DNA of 64,000 nucleotides from Octopus vulgaris (lineage: Eukaryota), in assembly GCA_951406725.2 (NCBI GenBank), contig OX597831.1, positions 6,510,001 to 6,574,000 on the forward strand, given 5' to 3'. Every line of letters starts with the position of its first letter. Within the stretch, counting starts at the first letter, position 1. Below, in pieces: positions 1 to 11,839 of this stretch. A model generated the notes under the pieces. It searched no databases, was not told the DNA's origin, and saw only the letters and a program-made list of their open reading frames with translations. The translations under genes were made by a program, and so were the position numbers.

Positions 1-281
1 CCTCTCACCATGGATCCACTGCATATAACAGATTCAATTCCACTAAAAACATCAAAGGATCAGAAGGTGTTGGTGGTGCTGGACATTGGATAAATTCTAT
101 CAGCTCAAAACAGGAGCAGTTCCTCTGATAGACTTGTACAGCTTTCATCCCCCAAATTTCAATCTGTGGAAGTATTGAGACTGTGACAGAAGACACTTAC
201 TCAAGGTACCAGGTAGCAAGATTGAACCAGAAACAATATGGGTTTGAAGCAAACCTAATCACACAACCATACCAAGTGTGA

Positions 282-639
282 TCTCTATATATATAAACAG
301 CAACATGTCTGTCTGTATGTGTGTCCTTTATACAAATCCACAATTTTTCAGATAGAGGGCTCGCACTTTCTACGGTCATTCAAAACCGTCCAAGGGTGGT
401 CGGGCACATCTTTACATTTCCCCAGTCACCATGCAAAGCCATTAAAAATTCAATAGAAGTGACTTTTTTGTGAATTTTCTATCCAAAACCCAATCAAAAT
501 GCCTGAAACTTGATACACCAATTGAATGCCAGCTAGCTGTATGTGATTGGTCGGAGATTTGGACAGTACTCGTGCATGCACGCAGCTGTATAGGCATGCA
601 CTAGCACTATGACCCAGCGTTGCTGGGTCATAGTGCTAG
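282..639 (+). mobile_element. Non-autonomous Helitron-like element (family H1, copy 1)
   Basis: Starts TC after host A, ends CTAG before host T. Terminal hairpin actagcactatgacccagc-gtt-gctgggtcatagtgctagt (600-640). No TSD. Second copy at 52208-52587. Confidence 0.8.
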
Positions 640-999
640 TAAACTATAAAATATAATCTCAGAAACTACTTTTTTCTTTATTAGGAATCTTCTTCCCTAC
701 TTTCAATGATAATAGAGTTAATTACCATAATTGTATTCAACAAAGAAACTTCCCTCAGATTCGCTTGAGCTGCTAGAAATGGCACCCAATTCTCACACAA
801 GTCACATCCTACCATCTTAAATGAAGGAGACATTAGACAATATAACCCTTGGAGTAGTAATGATAATGATAATGTTGGACTCTGCCACCAAAAACGACAT
901 GTGAGCATCCCGCATTTGCCAAACGACGGCACAAATGATTCGTTTATAGCTCATTCCATCAAGTTGACATTGCCTGAACAGTATACCACGCATCAGGTG

Positions 1000-1132
1000 T
1001 TGGGGCTGATCACAGAGCAATGTGAGATGAAGAGTCTTGCTCAAGAACACAGTGTACCACCCAGTCTAGGAATGGAAATCACAAATGCTAAATTGTGAGT
1101 GCAACACTCTAACCACTAAGCCATGTGCCCTC
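1000..1132 (-). mobile_element. Old tRNA-headed SINE remnant
   Basis: Minus strand reads ggcacatggcttagtggttagagtg (A-box-like), then a B-box-like segment and gtgttcttgagcaagactcttcatctcac. Confidence 0.5.
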
Positions 1133-1147
1133 ACAATAATAATAATA

Positions 1148-1381
1148 ATCATCATCATCATCATCGTTGAACATCCGCTTTCCATGCTAGCATGGGTTGG
1201 ATGATTTTGACTGAGGGCTGGCAAACCAGATGGCTGCACCAGGCCCCAATCTTGATCTGGCGGAGTTTCTACAGCCGGATGCCCTTCCTAATGCCAACCA
1301 CTCTGAGAGTATAGTAAGTGCTTTTTACATGCCACCGGCACGGGGCCAGTCAGGCGGTACTGGCAATGACCTCGCTCGAAT
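1148..1381 (-). mobile_element. (GAT)n-tailed RTE-related repeat, 5'-truncated
   Basis: (cat)n followed by ccgctttccatgctagcatgggttgg...ggatgcccttcctaa; about 15 copies in the window. Confidence 0.8.
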
Positions 1382-1875
1382 CAAAATTCAGATAAGTAAC
1401 TATTGCCTTACTTACCCGATGAGGCTATTAGGATAGTAATTACAGTGCTTATGCAGTGAGTAAGAAGCAGAATAATAATAAATAACCAGGATGGCTGCTG
1501 AAATATCTTTAATAATAAACCAGTTGAATCAGGGTTCAAGTAGGACAATGTAGGTCATAGGTCGGTATTTGTCAGCCAATGTCTTTTGTGTTTCAAGATG
1601 CTTTCATTGACTTCACTCTTCTATAAATCAACAGGGCATATTTAATTGACCCTATCCTCTTTTAGTGTTACAGTTCTTCAACTTCCTGTTCCTGTATTTT
1701 ACTGCTCACAATATCATTTCTAACACCTACCTTATACAGATGGTGGAGAGAGAGAGGAGCAGTTGTGCCAGCCATTATGCTTTTAGGAAATCCACTTCCA
1801 GCACAAATTAGAAGCCTCTATAAAGTTAGTTGGTCCACTAGACACAGCAACCAAATCTATCTTAATTCATATCTA

Positions 1876-2125
1876 ATCATCATCATCATCATCGTTTAAC
1901 GTCCGCTTTCCATGGTAGCATGGGTTGGACGATTTTAACTGAGGGCTGGCAAACCAGATGGCTGCACCAGGCTCCAGTCTTGATCTGGTGGAGTTTCTAC
2001 AGCTGGATGCCCTCCCTAACACCAACCACTCTGAGAGTGTAGTGGGTGCTTTTACGTGCCACCTGCACGGGGGCCAGTCAGGTGGTTCTGGCAATGACCT
2101 CGCTCGAATCTTTTTACACGTGCCA
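1876..2125 (-). mobile_element. (GAT)n-tailed RTE-related repeat
   Basis: Same family consensus and tail. Confidence 0.8.
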
Positions 2126-2619
2126 GTGAAGTGACGGTAAAAGTATGTATTGGTTAATGTAACCGAAATTGCTACCTTAAAATAAAAAGAAGCACATTTT
2201 GTATTCCTTGATATTTACTTTTGACTTTTACACTCAAGCCTACATTTTCAATTTTCTGTACTAACACAAGCATTTTAAAGACATTCTCTCAGCCAAAGTA
2301 GGAGTTAGCACTGAAAGCTTCAGAGTTTTTGTTATCTAAAGGGTTAAGAATTGTCTCTCTGTTATATATTTTAACCCTTTTGTTACCATATTTCTGTTGA
2401 GATGTTCTGTGTTTCTTGTTTCATGATTGCATCATCTATTCCATTTTCTCAACAACATTTCCTTTTCTCAATTCAACATCACAGAAAAATTTCCATTATG
2501 TCTGTTTTTCATGATTGCAACAACAGCACAAATCTCAACAACATTTCATCTCCTGTCACTCACAACAGCACAGAAAATTGCCAACTTCTGTGGCTGCTAT
2601 TATTCTTTATTCATTTGTT

Positions 2620-2855
2620 CTTTTACTCGTTTCAGTCATTTGACTGCAGCCTTGAAGGGTTTTTAGTCAAACAAATCAACTCCAGCTCTTATTTTTTAAA
2701 ACCTAGTACTTATTCTATATACAATGGGCTTCTTTCAGTTTCCTTCTACCAAATCCACTCACAAGGCTTTGGTTGGCCCAAGGCTATAGTAGAAGACACT
2801 TGTCCAAGGTATCATACAGCGGGACTGAAACTGGAACTATGTGGTTCGAAAGCTT
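2620..2855 (-). mobile_element. tRNA-headed SINE family A, partial
   Basis: gggcttctttcagtttcc...aaatccactcacaaggctttgg...gtagaagacacttg matches the copies at 32353-33016. Confidence 0.7.
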
Positions 2856-2869
2856 GGTTTATATATATA

Positions 2870-3241
2870 TCTTTATATATAAAAGTGAAGTTGTGTGTCT
2901 GTCTCCTACGATTTAGATTCCTAACTCCTCCCACATTTTTCGGTGCAGTTTAACCAAAACCGGGTATCTTATAGTCGTGATTCATATCGAGCCCTTCTGG
3001 GTATTAGCATGAGTCTACGATTTAAAAAAAAATTTACCATCATTTTTTCACATTTTTTTGCTATTATATAAGGGAAGTAACTCTCTAAAAATGTATTATT
3101 AAATCTCAGAACCTAAAAAGCTACAGTAACACCCCCCCTTGTGGTTAGCCATATTGAGATGGCTATTATACTTTACATCTCTAAAAATGCTTATATAGTT
3201 ATTTCCCTTACAAACCCGAGCAACGCCGAGCGATACTGCTA
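2870..3241 (+). mobile_element. Non-autonomous Helitron-like element (family H2)
   Basis: Starts tctttatatataaaagtgaag after A. Ends with GC-rich acccgagcaacgccgagcgatactgcta, where a (cat)n tail abuts the expected CTAG. Confidence 0.6.
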
Positions 3242-4186
3242 TCATCATCATCATCATCATCATCGTTTAACGTCCGTTCTCCATGCTAGCATGGGTTGGA
3301 CGGTTCGACCGGGGATCTGGGAAGCCAGAAGGCTGCACCAGGCTCCAGTCTTATCTGGCAATGTTTCTACAGCTGGATGCCCTTCCTAACGCCAACCACT
3401 CCGTGAGTGTAGTGGGTGCTTTTTACGTGCCACCTGCACAGATGCCAGGCGAGGCTGGCAACGGCCACGGTCGGATTGGTGTATTTTATGTGCCACCGGC
3501 ACGGAAGCCAGTCGAGGCGGTGCTGGCATCGGCCACGAGTCAGATAGTGCTTTTTACGTACCACCAGACCAGGGATCCTGGCTGGTTCAATTCGATTTCA
3601 ATTTCGCTTGCCCCAAGATGTCTTCGCAAGCAAAGGGGGTTGGCATGGGTGCCTATCGTACGGTCGGATTGGTGTATTTTACGTGCCACCGGCACGGAAG
3701 CTAGTGGAGGCGGCGCTGGCATCGGCCACGAGTCGGATAGTGCTTTTTACGTACCACCAGTCCAGGGATCCTGGCTGGTTCAATTCGATTTCGATTTCGC
3801 TTGCCCCAAGATGTCTTCGCAAGCAAAGGGGGTTGGCATGGGTGCCTATCGTACGGTCGGATTGGTGTATTTTACGTGCCACCGGCACGGAAGCTAGTGG
3901 AGGCGGCGCTGGCATCGGCCACGAGTCGGATAGTGCTTTTTACGTACCACCAGTCCAGGGATCCTGGCTGGTTCAATTCGATTTCGATTTCGCTTGCCCC
4001 AACATGTCTTCGCAAGCAAAGGGGTTGGCATGGGTGCCTGTCGTACGGTCGGATTTGTGTATTTTACGTGCCACTGGCACGGAAGCCAGTGGACGCGGCG
4101 CTGGCATCGGCCACGAGTCGGATAGTGCTTTTTACGTACCACCAGACCAGGGATCCTGGCTGGTTCAATTCGATTTCGATTTCGCT
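3241..4186 (-). mobile_element. (GAT)n-tailed RTE-related repeat with internal tandem amplification
   Basis: Family 3' end at 3241-3440, followed by repeated internal modules. Confidence 0.8.
3467..4186. repeat. 193-bp tandem repeat, about 3.7 copies
   Basis: ccccaa(g/c)atgtcttcgc recurs at 3611, 3804 and 3997 (period 193). Confidence 0.9.
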
Positions 4187-4240
4187 TTGAACCAGCCAGG
4201 ATCCCTGGTCTGGTGGTACGTAAAAAGCACTATCCGACTA

Positions 4241-4472
4241 GTATATATATATATCACCTTGACTGACCAGTCCATCGGGCATCCATTTGACACCGCTGGT
4301 CACAGCACGCTGTCCACTCCTCTCTGGATTGCGCCTTTCTCATCCACATGATCCCAATCGTCCTCTTGAAATCGTCACTCCACCGTCGTGGAGGCCTTCT
4401 GAATGGTCGTTTCCGCTCGCGCGGGTACCACTCGACAACTGCACGTGACCACCGATTATCGGTGAGCCGGGT
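4241..4472 (-). mobile_element. RTE-clade LINE 3' fragment with (TA)n tail
   Basis: Translates to RLTDNRWSRAVVEWYPRERKRPFRRPPRRWSDDF..., the typical RTE ORF C-terminus. Second copy at 35888-36112. Confidence 0.8.
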
Positions 4473-5612
4473 AAGAGCAGGAAGAGGTGCTAACCACAAA
4501 GTAGTAGGAGCAGATATGCCCCCTTTCCAAAGAAAGTTTTGAAAACAAATGCACAGATTAAAAAAAAAACTTGATGGTAATTAAACCAGCAGATTCAGTC
4601 AAATCGTCCAACCCATTCTAGCATGGAAAGTGGACGTTAAACGATGATGATGATATATATTAATCTGGAGTATAGTTTTAACAAATGGATGCTCTTTCTA
4701 TTACCAACTAAGTGGCAGCACAGATTCATTTTCCCTGCTTCCTTCTTCTCTCACTTTCTATAAGACAATCCATAATTTCAGGCCTCTCTAATTTATCTCT
4801 TTAATAAATCTCCTTTTATCATTATTTCAGCTAATGAGTCTCTTATTTATTATTAAGGATATCATGTCCCTACTTGATCTGATTAAAAAAACAACAACAA
4901 CAACAGCGACAATGTTTTGCAAGATTAATCCATCCTGAATTTTAAATATTTCAGCAACAATTCTTCTTGAAAGACCAACAGCCATTACCTGTCTTTGTGT
5001 CTTTGTTTTAGCCATCCCTCCTCCCACCTCTCTCTCTTTATCCCTCCCTGTCTTTCCCTCTTTCTCTCCCTCTCCCACCACTAATCCTTCCAATTAAACT
5101 CAGTTCACTTCGTTGTGACACCCTCTCCCTCTCACTTTCTCTCTCTCTCACACACTCTCTCTTTCTTACAGTCTCTCTCTCTCTCTCTCTCTCTTCCTCA
5201 CTCTCACCCCACTGGACATTTATATTTTTTTTCAACAAATTATTACACTAATTCTTTTTTTTACAAAATCCAAGCATTTTTAATGAGAAACAATATGAAC
5301 ATAAAAGCAACAGGGATAACATGGGACCAAAACATCACAACCAGACATTTTATACTTCCTAAAGCACTGACCCTGACCCCAACCTACAAACTTCACGGAA
5401 CTAACCACAAACATTCCACACAAGGTCTTTCCTCAGACATTTTTTTATTATGTTTGTAAACATTGCTTCCTTGAAATTTAATACGGCTTCCTTTGGGAGA
5501 GCAGGAAGAGGTGCTAACCACAAAGTAGTAGCAGCAGATATGTCCCCTTTCCAAAGAAAGTTTTGAAAACAAATGCACAGATTTAAAAAACAAACAAACA
5601 GGAAAAAAAAAA

Positions 5613-5740
5613 ACAATTTCAGCGTGGAAGGTGTTATAAGCCAGTTAAGAAACACACAAAAACCGTTAGAGTTGCTTCAACATTTAAATTTAATTTGTCA
5701 AAATATTTTCGTTGCTTTGAGACTGCGACCTGTTCACTAT
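5613..5740 (-). mobile_element. Truncated copy of the ~204-bp hammerhead-bearing element
   Basis: Inverted partner of 5741-5862; matches 12570-12773. Confidence 0.75.
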
Positions 5741-6382
5741 GCATCACAAAGTTTTGTCAGTGAACAGATCGCGGTCTCAAAGTGACAGAAATATTTTGAC
5801 AAATTAAATTTAAATGTTGAAGTGAATCTAACGGTTTTGTGTGTTTCTTAAATGGCTTATAACTCCGACGTCTGGCAGCTGACTTGGCAGACACCCATAA
5901 AATTATCAACCATCTTACAAACAATAACTCTGAGCACCTTTTCAAACTCCACCCGTCTAACACCCGTGGACATATTTACAAAGTCAGAAAACAACACAGC
6001 TCCCATGACTTCAGGAAACATTTTTTCACGCTGAGAGTTGCTGAAGCATGGAACAAACTGCCAGCATCAGTTGTTAGTTGTCGGAGCACTGCATCCTTCA
6101 AAACTTCCATGCTTCCTGAGATTCGCCAACACTACAACTGATTTTCTCCCCTCCATACACACACAAGCATGTATCTGACTCATACATTGTTCGCTTTCCA
6201 GACATTTGTACATTACTGCATATGCTTTATATGCACTTTCTGACAAGTTGTGGTGCACCTGAACACTGTATACAATAATTTCATTATTATTATTATTATA
6301 AACACCTTCCATGCTGCAATTGTTTTCGTTCCAGCACACGATCTCAGATCAAGTCACTCGCTATGCAAGTACATCTCCGTAA
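5741..6382 (+). mobile_element. ~204-bp hammerhead-bearing element interrupted by a CR1 fragment
   Basis: 5741-5862 plus 6296-6382 reconstitute the 50876-51079 copy. Confidence 0.8.
5863..6295 (+). mobile_element. CR1-like LINE 3' fragment with (TTA)n tail
   Basis: Encodes NTRGHIYKVRKQ...RKHFFTLRVAEAWNKLPASVV..S...FK, the CR1-type ORF2 C-terminus. TSD ttataa. Confidence 0.85.
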
Positions 6383-6599
6383 AGGAAAAAAAAACTTGAT
6401 GGTAATTAAACCAGCAGATTCAACTATAGACATTTTAGCAAATACAAATGAATAAATTACTTTGATAATAAAAGCAATGACAACAACTTAATAAACTTGA
6501 CAAGCCATACAAAAATGCTGGACATGAGGAAAATATGTGGAAGTCGTATGTCAAACAAACGATGCTTCTTTGCATGAGGAATCTGTTGAAGAATCTGCA

Positions 6600-7290
6600 A
6601 GAAAGACAGGCAGGTCCTCTCAAGAATCTCATACTGCCAGACGTTTAAGTCCATTGTCATCTCTTCCATCAGACCCTACATCTTGAGATTAGCCTTCACT
6701 ATTTCATCTCATGTCTTCCTAGATCTCCCTCTTCTACAGATGCCATCTATTTTAAGTGATCATTGCCTTTTTATACAGTTGTCTTCATTCATACACATCA
6801 CATAGTGAAGGCACATAGCCTAGTGGTTAGAGCAGCGAACTCGCGGTCGAGGGATCGCTGTTTTGAATCTCAGACCGGACGATGTGTGTGCTTATGAGCG
6901 AAACACCTAAGCTCCACATGGCTCCGGCAGAAGGTAATGGTGAAACTTCTGCTGACTCTTTCGCCACAACTTTCTCTCACTCTTTCCTCCTGCATCTTGC
7001 AGCTCACCTGCGATGGACCGGCGTCCCGTCCAGGTGTGGAACCTATATGCCAAGAAACCAGGAAACTGGCCCTTATGAGCCATGCATGGCTCGAGAAAGA
7101 ACAAACAACATACACATCACAGAGCCAAATCAATGTAGTCTTCTCTCTTGCATGCTGCATTTGATTCCTCTTATGCCCAACTCTTCTCTCATCACATTTG
7201 CACTTTGTCTTACATGCACACTGATGTTGCACATCCATCAGGGCATACGAGCTTCATTCCTCTCCAGTCTATACATTGCCTGCGTTCAGT
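6600..7290 (-). mobile_element. Decayed RTE-clade LINE ORF C-terminal fragment (second RTE family)
   Basis: Translates with stops to RLERNEARM..WMCNISV...LGIRGI...ERRL..FG....RRGRSRKT..; split by a SINE. Confidence 0.7.
6803..7108 (+). mobile_element. tRNA-headed SINE with V-domain-like 3' part
   Basis: tRNA-like head; cctgcgatggaccggcgtcccgtccagg; 13-bp TSD catacacatcaca (6790-6802 and 7109-7121). Confidence 0.8.
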
Positions 7291-7638
7291 GTCTACATCT
7301 CTCTCGCCATAGAGCATAGCCATTCATACACAAACATCATGCAATCTGCCTTTCACTCTGCGAGAGACGGGCTTTTCATGACTCACATGAACTTTCTCCA
7401 TCCTGTTCCTATTCTAGCAAAAACAATTTCAGAACATCCTCCACCATTGCTAATTTGGTTACCTAGGTAACAGAAGCTATCTATAATCTCAAGGAAGCAT
7501 CCTGGACATTTGAAAGAGTCTAATTCCTGTGTGTCCTTGGTGTTTATTGTTCCTGTACAACTTCCACGTACAATGAGGACTGTCTCTGTTAACCTGCACT
7601 TCCTAACATTCCTATGTTGTTGCTGTTGTTATCATTAT

Positions 7639-7990
7639 TCATCATCATCATCATCGTTTAACATCCACTTTCCTTGCTAGCATGGGTTGGACGATTTTGA
7701 CTGAGGGCTGGCGAACCAGTCTTGATCTGGCAGAGTTTCTACAGCTGGATGCCCTTCCTAACGCCAACCACTCCAAGAGTGTAGTGGATGCTTTTTACGT
7801 GCCACCGGCACAGGGGCCAGTCAGGTGGTACTGGCAACGACCTCGCTCGAATCCTTTTACACATGCCACCAGCACAGGTGCCAGTAAGGCGACGTTGGTA
7901 ACGATCACGCTCGAATGGTGCCCTTTTACATGCCACTGGCACGGAAGCCAATTGGTTGCTCTGGCAATGATCACGCTCGGATGGTGCTCA
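7639..7990 (-). mobile_element. (GAT)n-tailed RTE-related repeat
   Basis: Family consensus with three internal modules. Confidence 0.8.
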
Positions 7991-8002
7991 TTATTATTAT
8001 TA

Positions 8003-8054
<52 letters not shown>

Positions 8055-8490
8055 CATTGACAGAGTCATTAGCACTGCCAGACAAAATGCTTAACAGTGT
8101 TTTCTCCATCTTGACTTTTCATGGTTGACTCTGCCTTTCATTCTTTCAGGATGCATGAATTAAGAACTGGTGTGTTGATATAATCAAAAATCCCTACTGC
8201 TTCTCCCAAATTTCAGGCTTTGTACCTGTAGTAGAAAGAATCGTCGTAATTATTGGCAGAATTATTAGCAGAGTGGATGAAATGCTTAGTGGCATTTTGT
8301 TCGTCTTTACATTCTGAGTTCAAATTCTGCTGAGATCAACTATGCCTTTCAGGGTCAAAAAATAAATACCAGTTATACATTGTGGTTGATGTAATTGACT
8401 TAGCCACCTTCTTCAAGATTTCAGGCCTTGTAGAAAGGGTTGCTACTGTTGTTGTTGTTCTTATTGTCAGATATAATATAATCATCATAA

Positions 8491-8530
<40 letters not shown>

Positions 8531-9085
8531 GAGTGAGAGAGCAGGGCATGCCATCAAAGTGACACTGGGGTAAAATATACGAAGCCCAGTATACCCATCA
8601 TGACTACCCGTCCGATAAGGGTACACTAGGCACATGTATCACAACCATATGTGCGCGACATGGTGATCTCATATCAAGATAAACAGTTCATGACCTTGCA
8701 GGTGGGGCCCAGTTAGAATTTTCTTCTCGTTGAGTAACCCATACCGCTCAAAAGGTCCCTGAATAAGGGTTGTTTAAGGATGTTGAACGAAACACCCATG
8801 TTTCCAGAGGTGAATTATTCAAACCCCAAAGAATCCCTCTCAACACATGGCTATGATGCTCCCCGACTACTTCTGCTCATGACCAGAGATGCACATATCG
8901 TCAGCCACTAAGGGACATGCTCAACTGGTTATGGTCAAACAACTGACAAGCAAATCTGTGGTATTGAACCGAATATTTGCTGTAGCCCATCTTTTATACC
9001 AAGACAAAACAATGTACATGATAACACTTCCAATCAGTTAAGATCAGAAGCCACGTGAGCCACTGCCTGGTACTGCATCAGGGCA

Positions 9086-9086
<1 letters not shown>
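8531..9086. mobile_element. ~556-bp non-coding element embedded in a (TTA)n microsatellite
   Basis: Complex sequence with sharp ends, flanked by (TTA)n tracts at 8492-8530 and 9087-9131. Confidence 0.55.
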
Positions 9087-9131
<45 letters not shown>

Positions 9132-9949
9132 GTGTATTTTCATCCTACAACCAAATGCAGCATCATGTGTCTTGGGTGTCATGTTTTGTTCTGCTTTTGT
9201 GTTCTCTTAAAGTATCGAGAGAACTTTACATATGTAAAACAGCCAGAAGTGCAACGTTCTGAATGTTGTGTGCGTGTGTACATATGTATGTGTGTGTGCA
9301 TGTGTGCATGTGTATGTGTGTGTATATATGTGTGTGTGTGTGTGAGATAGGGTTTTCTATCTTCTCTGTTTGTCTCCATTTCTTTCTTACCGTTCCCTTG
9401 GTACCTGTTATTATGGAGATTGTTTCTCTTTTCACTTTTCACAATTGGAATGTTTCTATTTGCAAGTCTTTGCATTTGAATTGTTTCTCAATTGTTTTCA
9501 GAAATAATTGATACATTGGAACATTTCTTTTGCTTGTGGTCTTTGACAATAATATATCTGAAGAATTTGTTTGTATAAATCTGAATATACTAGACTATCA
9601 TCACTCTGCTATTAAGATCTTAGTTAGAGTGTAATAGCATCATCTCTTTTCTCTGTGTTTCACAATAGCTGTATAGTTTCCAGCATGAATCTATTTCCAT
9701 ATGAAGCTTTCAAATTTGTCTTATTTGTTAATACATATTTGGTTTTGGCTTCGATGAGTTCAAAGTCATTTTAGCAGTAAATTAATTACTTTACTCTTTG
9801 CTTAACCCTTTTTGCTCCCTAATCAGCCATTGACCACTTTTATCCCCTATTCTTGACTCTGGGCTGTTTTTTTCCCTCTCCCATATCTCGCTGGGTTTAA
9901 ACTGTCATCAATGCTTCTATAAATTTGCCCTTTTTTTCTATGTAGGTGT

Positions 9950-10120
9950 GTTGACCCTATGCAAACCCATTTTTACCTCTAGGAAGAAGTGGTCCATATT
10001 AGTCCAGCTTCTATACTTTGACCTGTCCAGCATGGGGTGAGGGGCCTTACCAAGAACTTGCACTCCACTGGCATAGTTTTCAGGATTACTGAGACAAATA
10101 AGACACCAGACCACAACAAG
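9950..10120 (-). mobile_element. RTE-like 5' region remnant
   Basis: ccctatgcaaacc is the reverse complement of ggtttgcataggg at about 43812; gacctgtccagcatggg...ggcatagttttcagg resembles RTE 5' UTRs. Confidence 0.4.
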
Positions 10121-10449
10121 AACTGGACCTTGTGGTGCAGTGGGTAGATTGCCCCTTGATATTTTAATTCTCTGTTCTCTGAGAACAAATCTGATCAAGG
10201 ACGACTTTGCTTGTCATCCTTTCAGGGTCAATGAAATAGTTTATCAATTCTGGTCGATAGAGCGTCAGAGAGGATGCCTTCTGGCATCTGTTCTTGTACC
10301 TTGTGTTCTAATGATAATGCTGAGATGACTCTGGTGCCAAGTTGTATTGGCCTAAGGCTGTAACTTTTCCTTAGAGGAACCACATGGTTGCAAAGTGAGC
10401 TTCTTAACCGCCTAACCATGCTTTTTGTGGTTTGCAGATATTTCTGTTT

Positions 10450-10885
10450 GTCTCTTTATATTGTGTCCTTATATTGTCTCCTTATATTTATCGCCTTATA
10501 TTTGTCCCCTTATATTGTGTCCTTTTATTGTCTCCTTATATTGCCTCCTCATATTGTCTCCTTATATTTATCTCATATTATCTCTTTATATTGTGTCCTT
10601 ATGTTGTCTCATTAGATTTGTCGCCTTATGTTGTCTCCTTATATTATCTCCTTATATATATCTCCTTAGATTTGTCTCCTCATATTGTCTCCTTTTATTG
10701 TCTCCTGATATTGTCTCCTTATATTATCTCCTTATATATATCTCCTTAGATTTGTCTCCTCATATTGTCTCCTTTTATTGTCTCCTTTTATTGTCTCCGG
10801 ATATTGTCTCCTTATATTATCTCCTTATATATATCTCCTTAGATTTGTCTCCTCATATTGTCTCCTTTTATTGTCTCCTTATATT
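10450..10885. repeat. Degenerate pyrimidine-rich minisatellite (core ccttatattgtct)
   Basis: Dozens of 13-17 bp variants; a shorter copy lies at 11165-11365. Confidence 0.85.
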
Positions 10886-10962
10886 TTCCATAACACTTAA
10901 CATTAACAAGAATGGCCTTGGACTAAAATTTGAAATCATTATTATTATTATTCATTGTTTAA

Positions 10963-11839
10963 GGCAGTGAGCTGGCAGAAACATTAGCATGCCGGGCAAA
11001 ATGCTTCGTGGTATTTTGTCTGCCGCTACATTCTGAGTTCAAATTCCGCCGAGGTCGACTTTGCCTTTCATCCTTGCAGTGGGACTGAACCCAAAACCAT
11101 ATGGTTGCAAAGTGAGCTTCTTAACCGCCTAATCATGCCTTTTTGTGGTTTGCAGATATTTCTGTTTGTCTCCTTATATTGTGCCCTTATATTGTGCCCT
11201 TCCTTTTATTGTCTCCTCATATTGTCTCATATTTATCTCCTCATATTGTGTCCTTTTATTGTCCCCTGATATTGTCTCCTTATATTTGTCTCATATTATC
11301 TCTTTATATTGTGTCCTTATGTTGTCTCCTTAGATTTGTCTCCTTTTATTGTCTCCTTATATTTTCCATAACACTTAACATTAACAAGAATGGCCTTGGA
11401 CTAAAATTTGAAATCATTATTATTATTGTTTGAGAATCAACATGAAAAGCGTCCTTTTTACTTTTTCTTCCTTTTTTTAAACAAGTTTTGGTTAAATACG
11501 TGTTAGAGAGCATGCGTAAGTTGAAGGTTAACAAAGATGTTTATGGTTAGCATTAACAAGAATCGATTAAATAAGTACCAGTTACGCACTGGGATCGATA
11601 TAATCGACTTAATCCGTTTGTCTGTCCTTGTTTGTCCTCTCTGTGTTTAGCCCCTTGTGGGTAGTAAAGAAATAGGTATTTTGTCTGTCTTTATATTCTG
11701 AGTTCAAATTCCGCCGAGGTCAACTTTGCCTTTCATCTTTTCGGTGTTGATGAATTTAGTACCAGTTGCATACTGGGGTCAATCTAATCGACTGGCCCCT
11801 TCCCCAAAATTTCGGGCCTTGTGCCTAGAATAGAAAAGA
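10963..11839 (+). mobile_element. SINE family B (dimeric form), interrupted at 11076-11562
   Basis: Head ggcagtgagctggcagaa. The body resumes at tcgattaaataagtacc. TSD-like attattcattgttt on both sides. Confidence 0.8.

Noticed and set aside
3283-4351. 204-247 aa ORFs
   Set aside because: They arise from the 193-bp tandem repeat in a non-coding retroelement region.
6808-6880. tRNA-like sequence (also 51955-52028 and 55813-55900)
   Set aside because: These are SINE heads with bodies and TSDs, not complete cloverleafs.
7836-7852. cga-cctcgc-tcg resembling HDV-ribozyme P3/L3
   Set aside because: No P1, P1.1 GG or P4/J4-2 elements follow, and it is antisense to the element.
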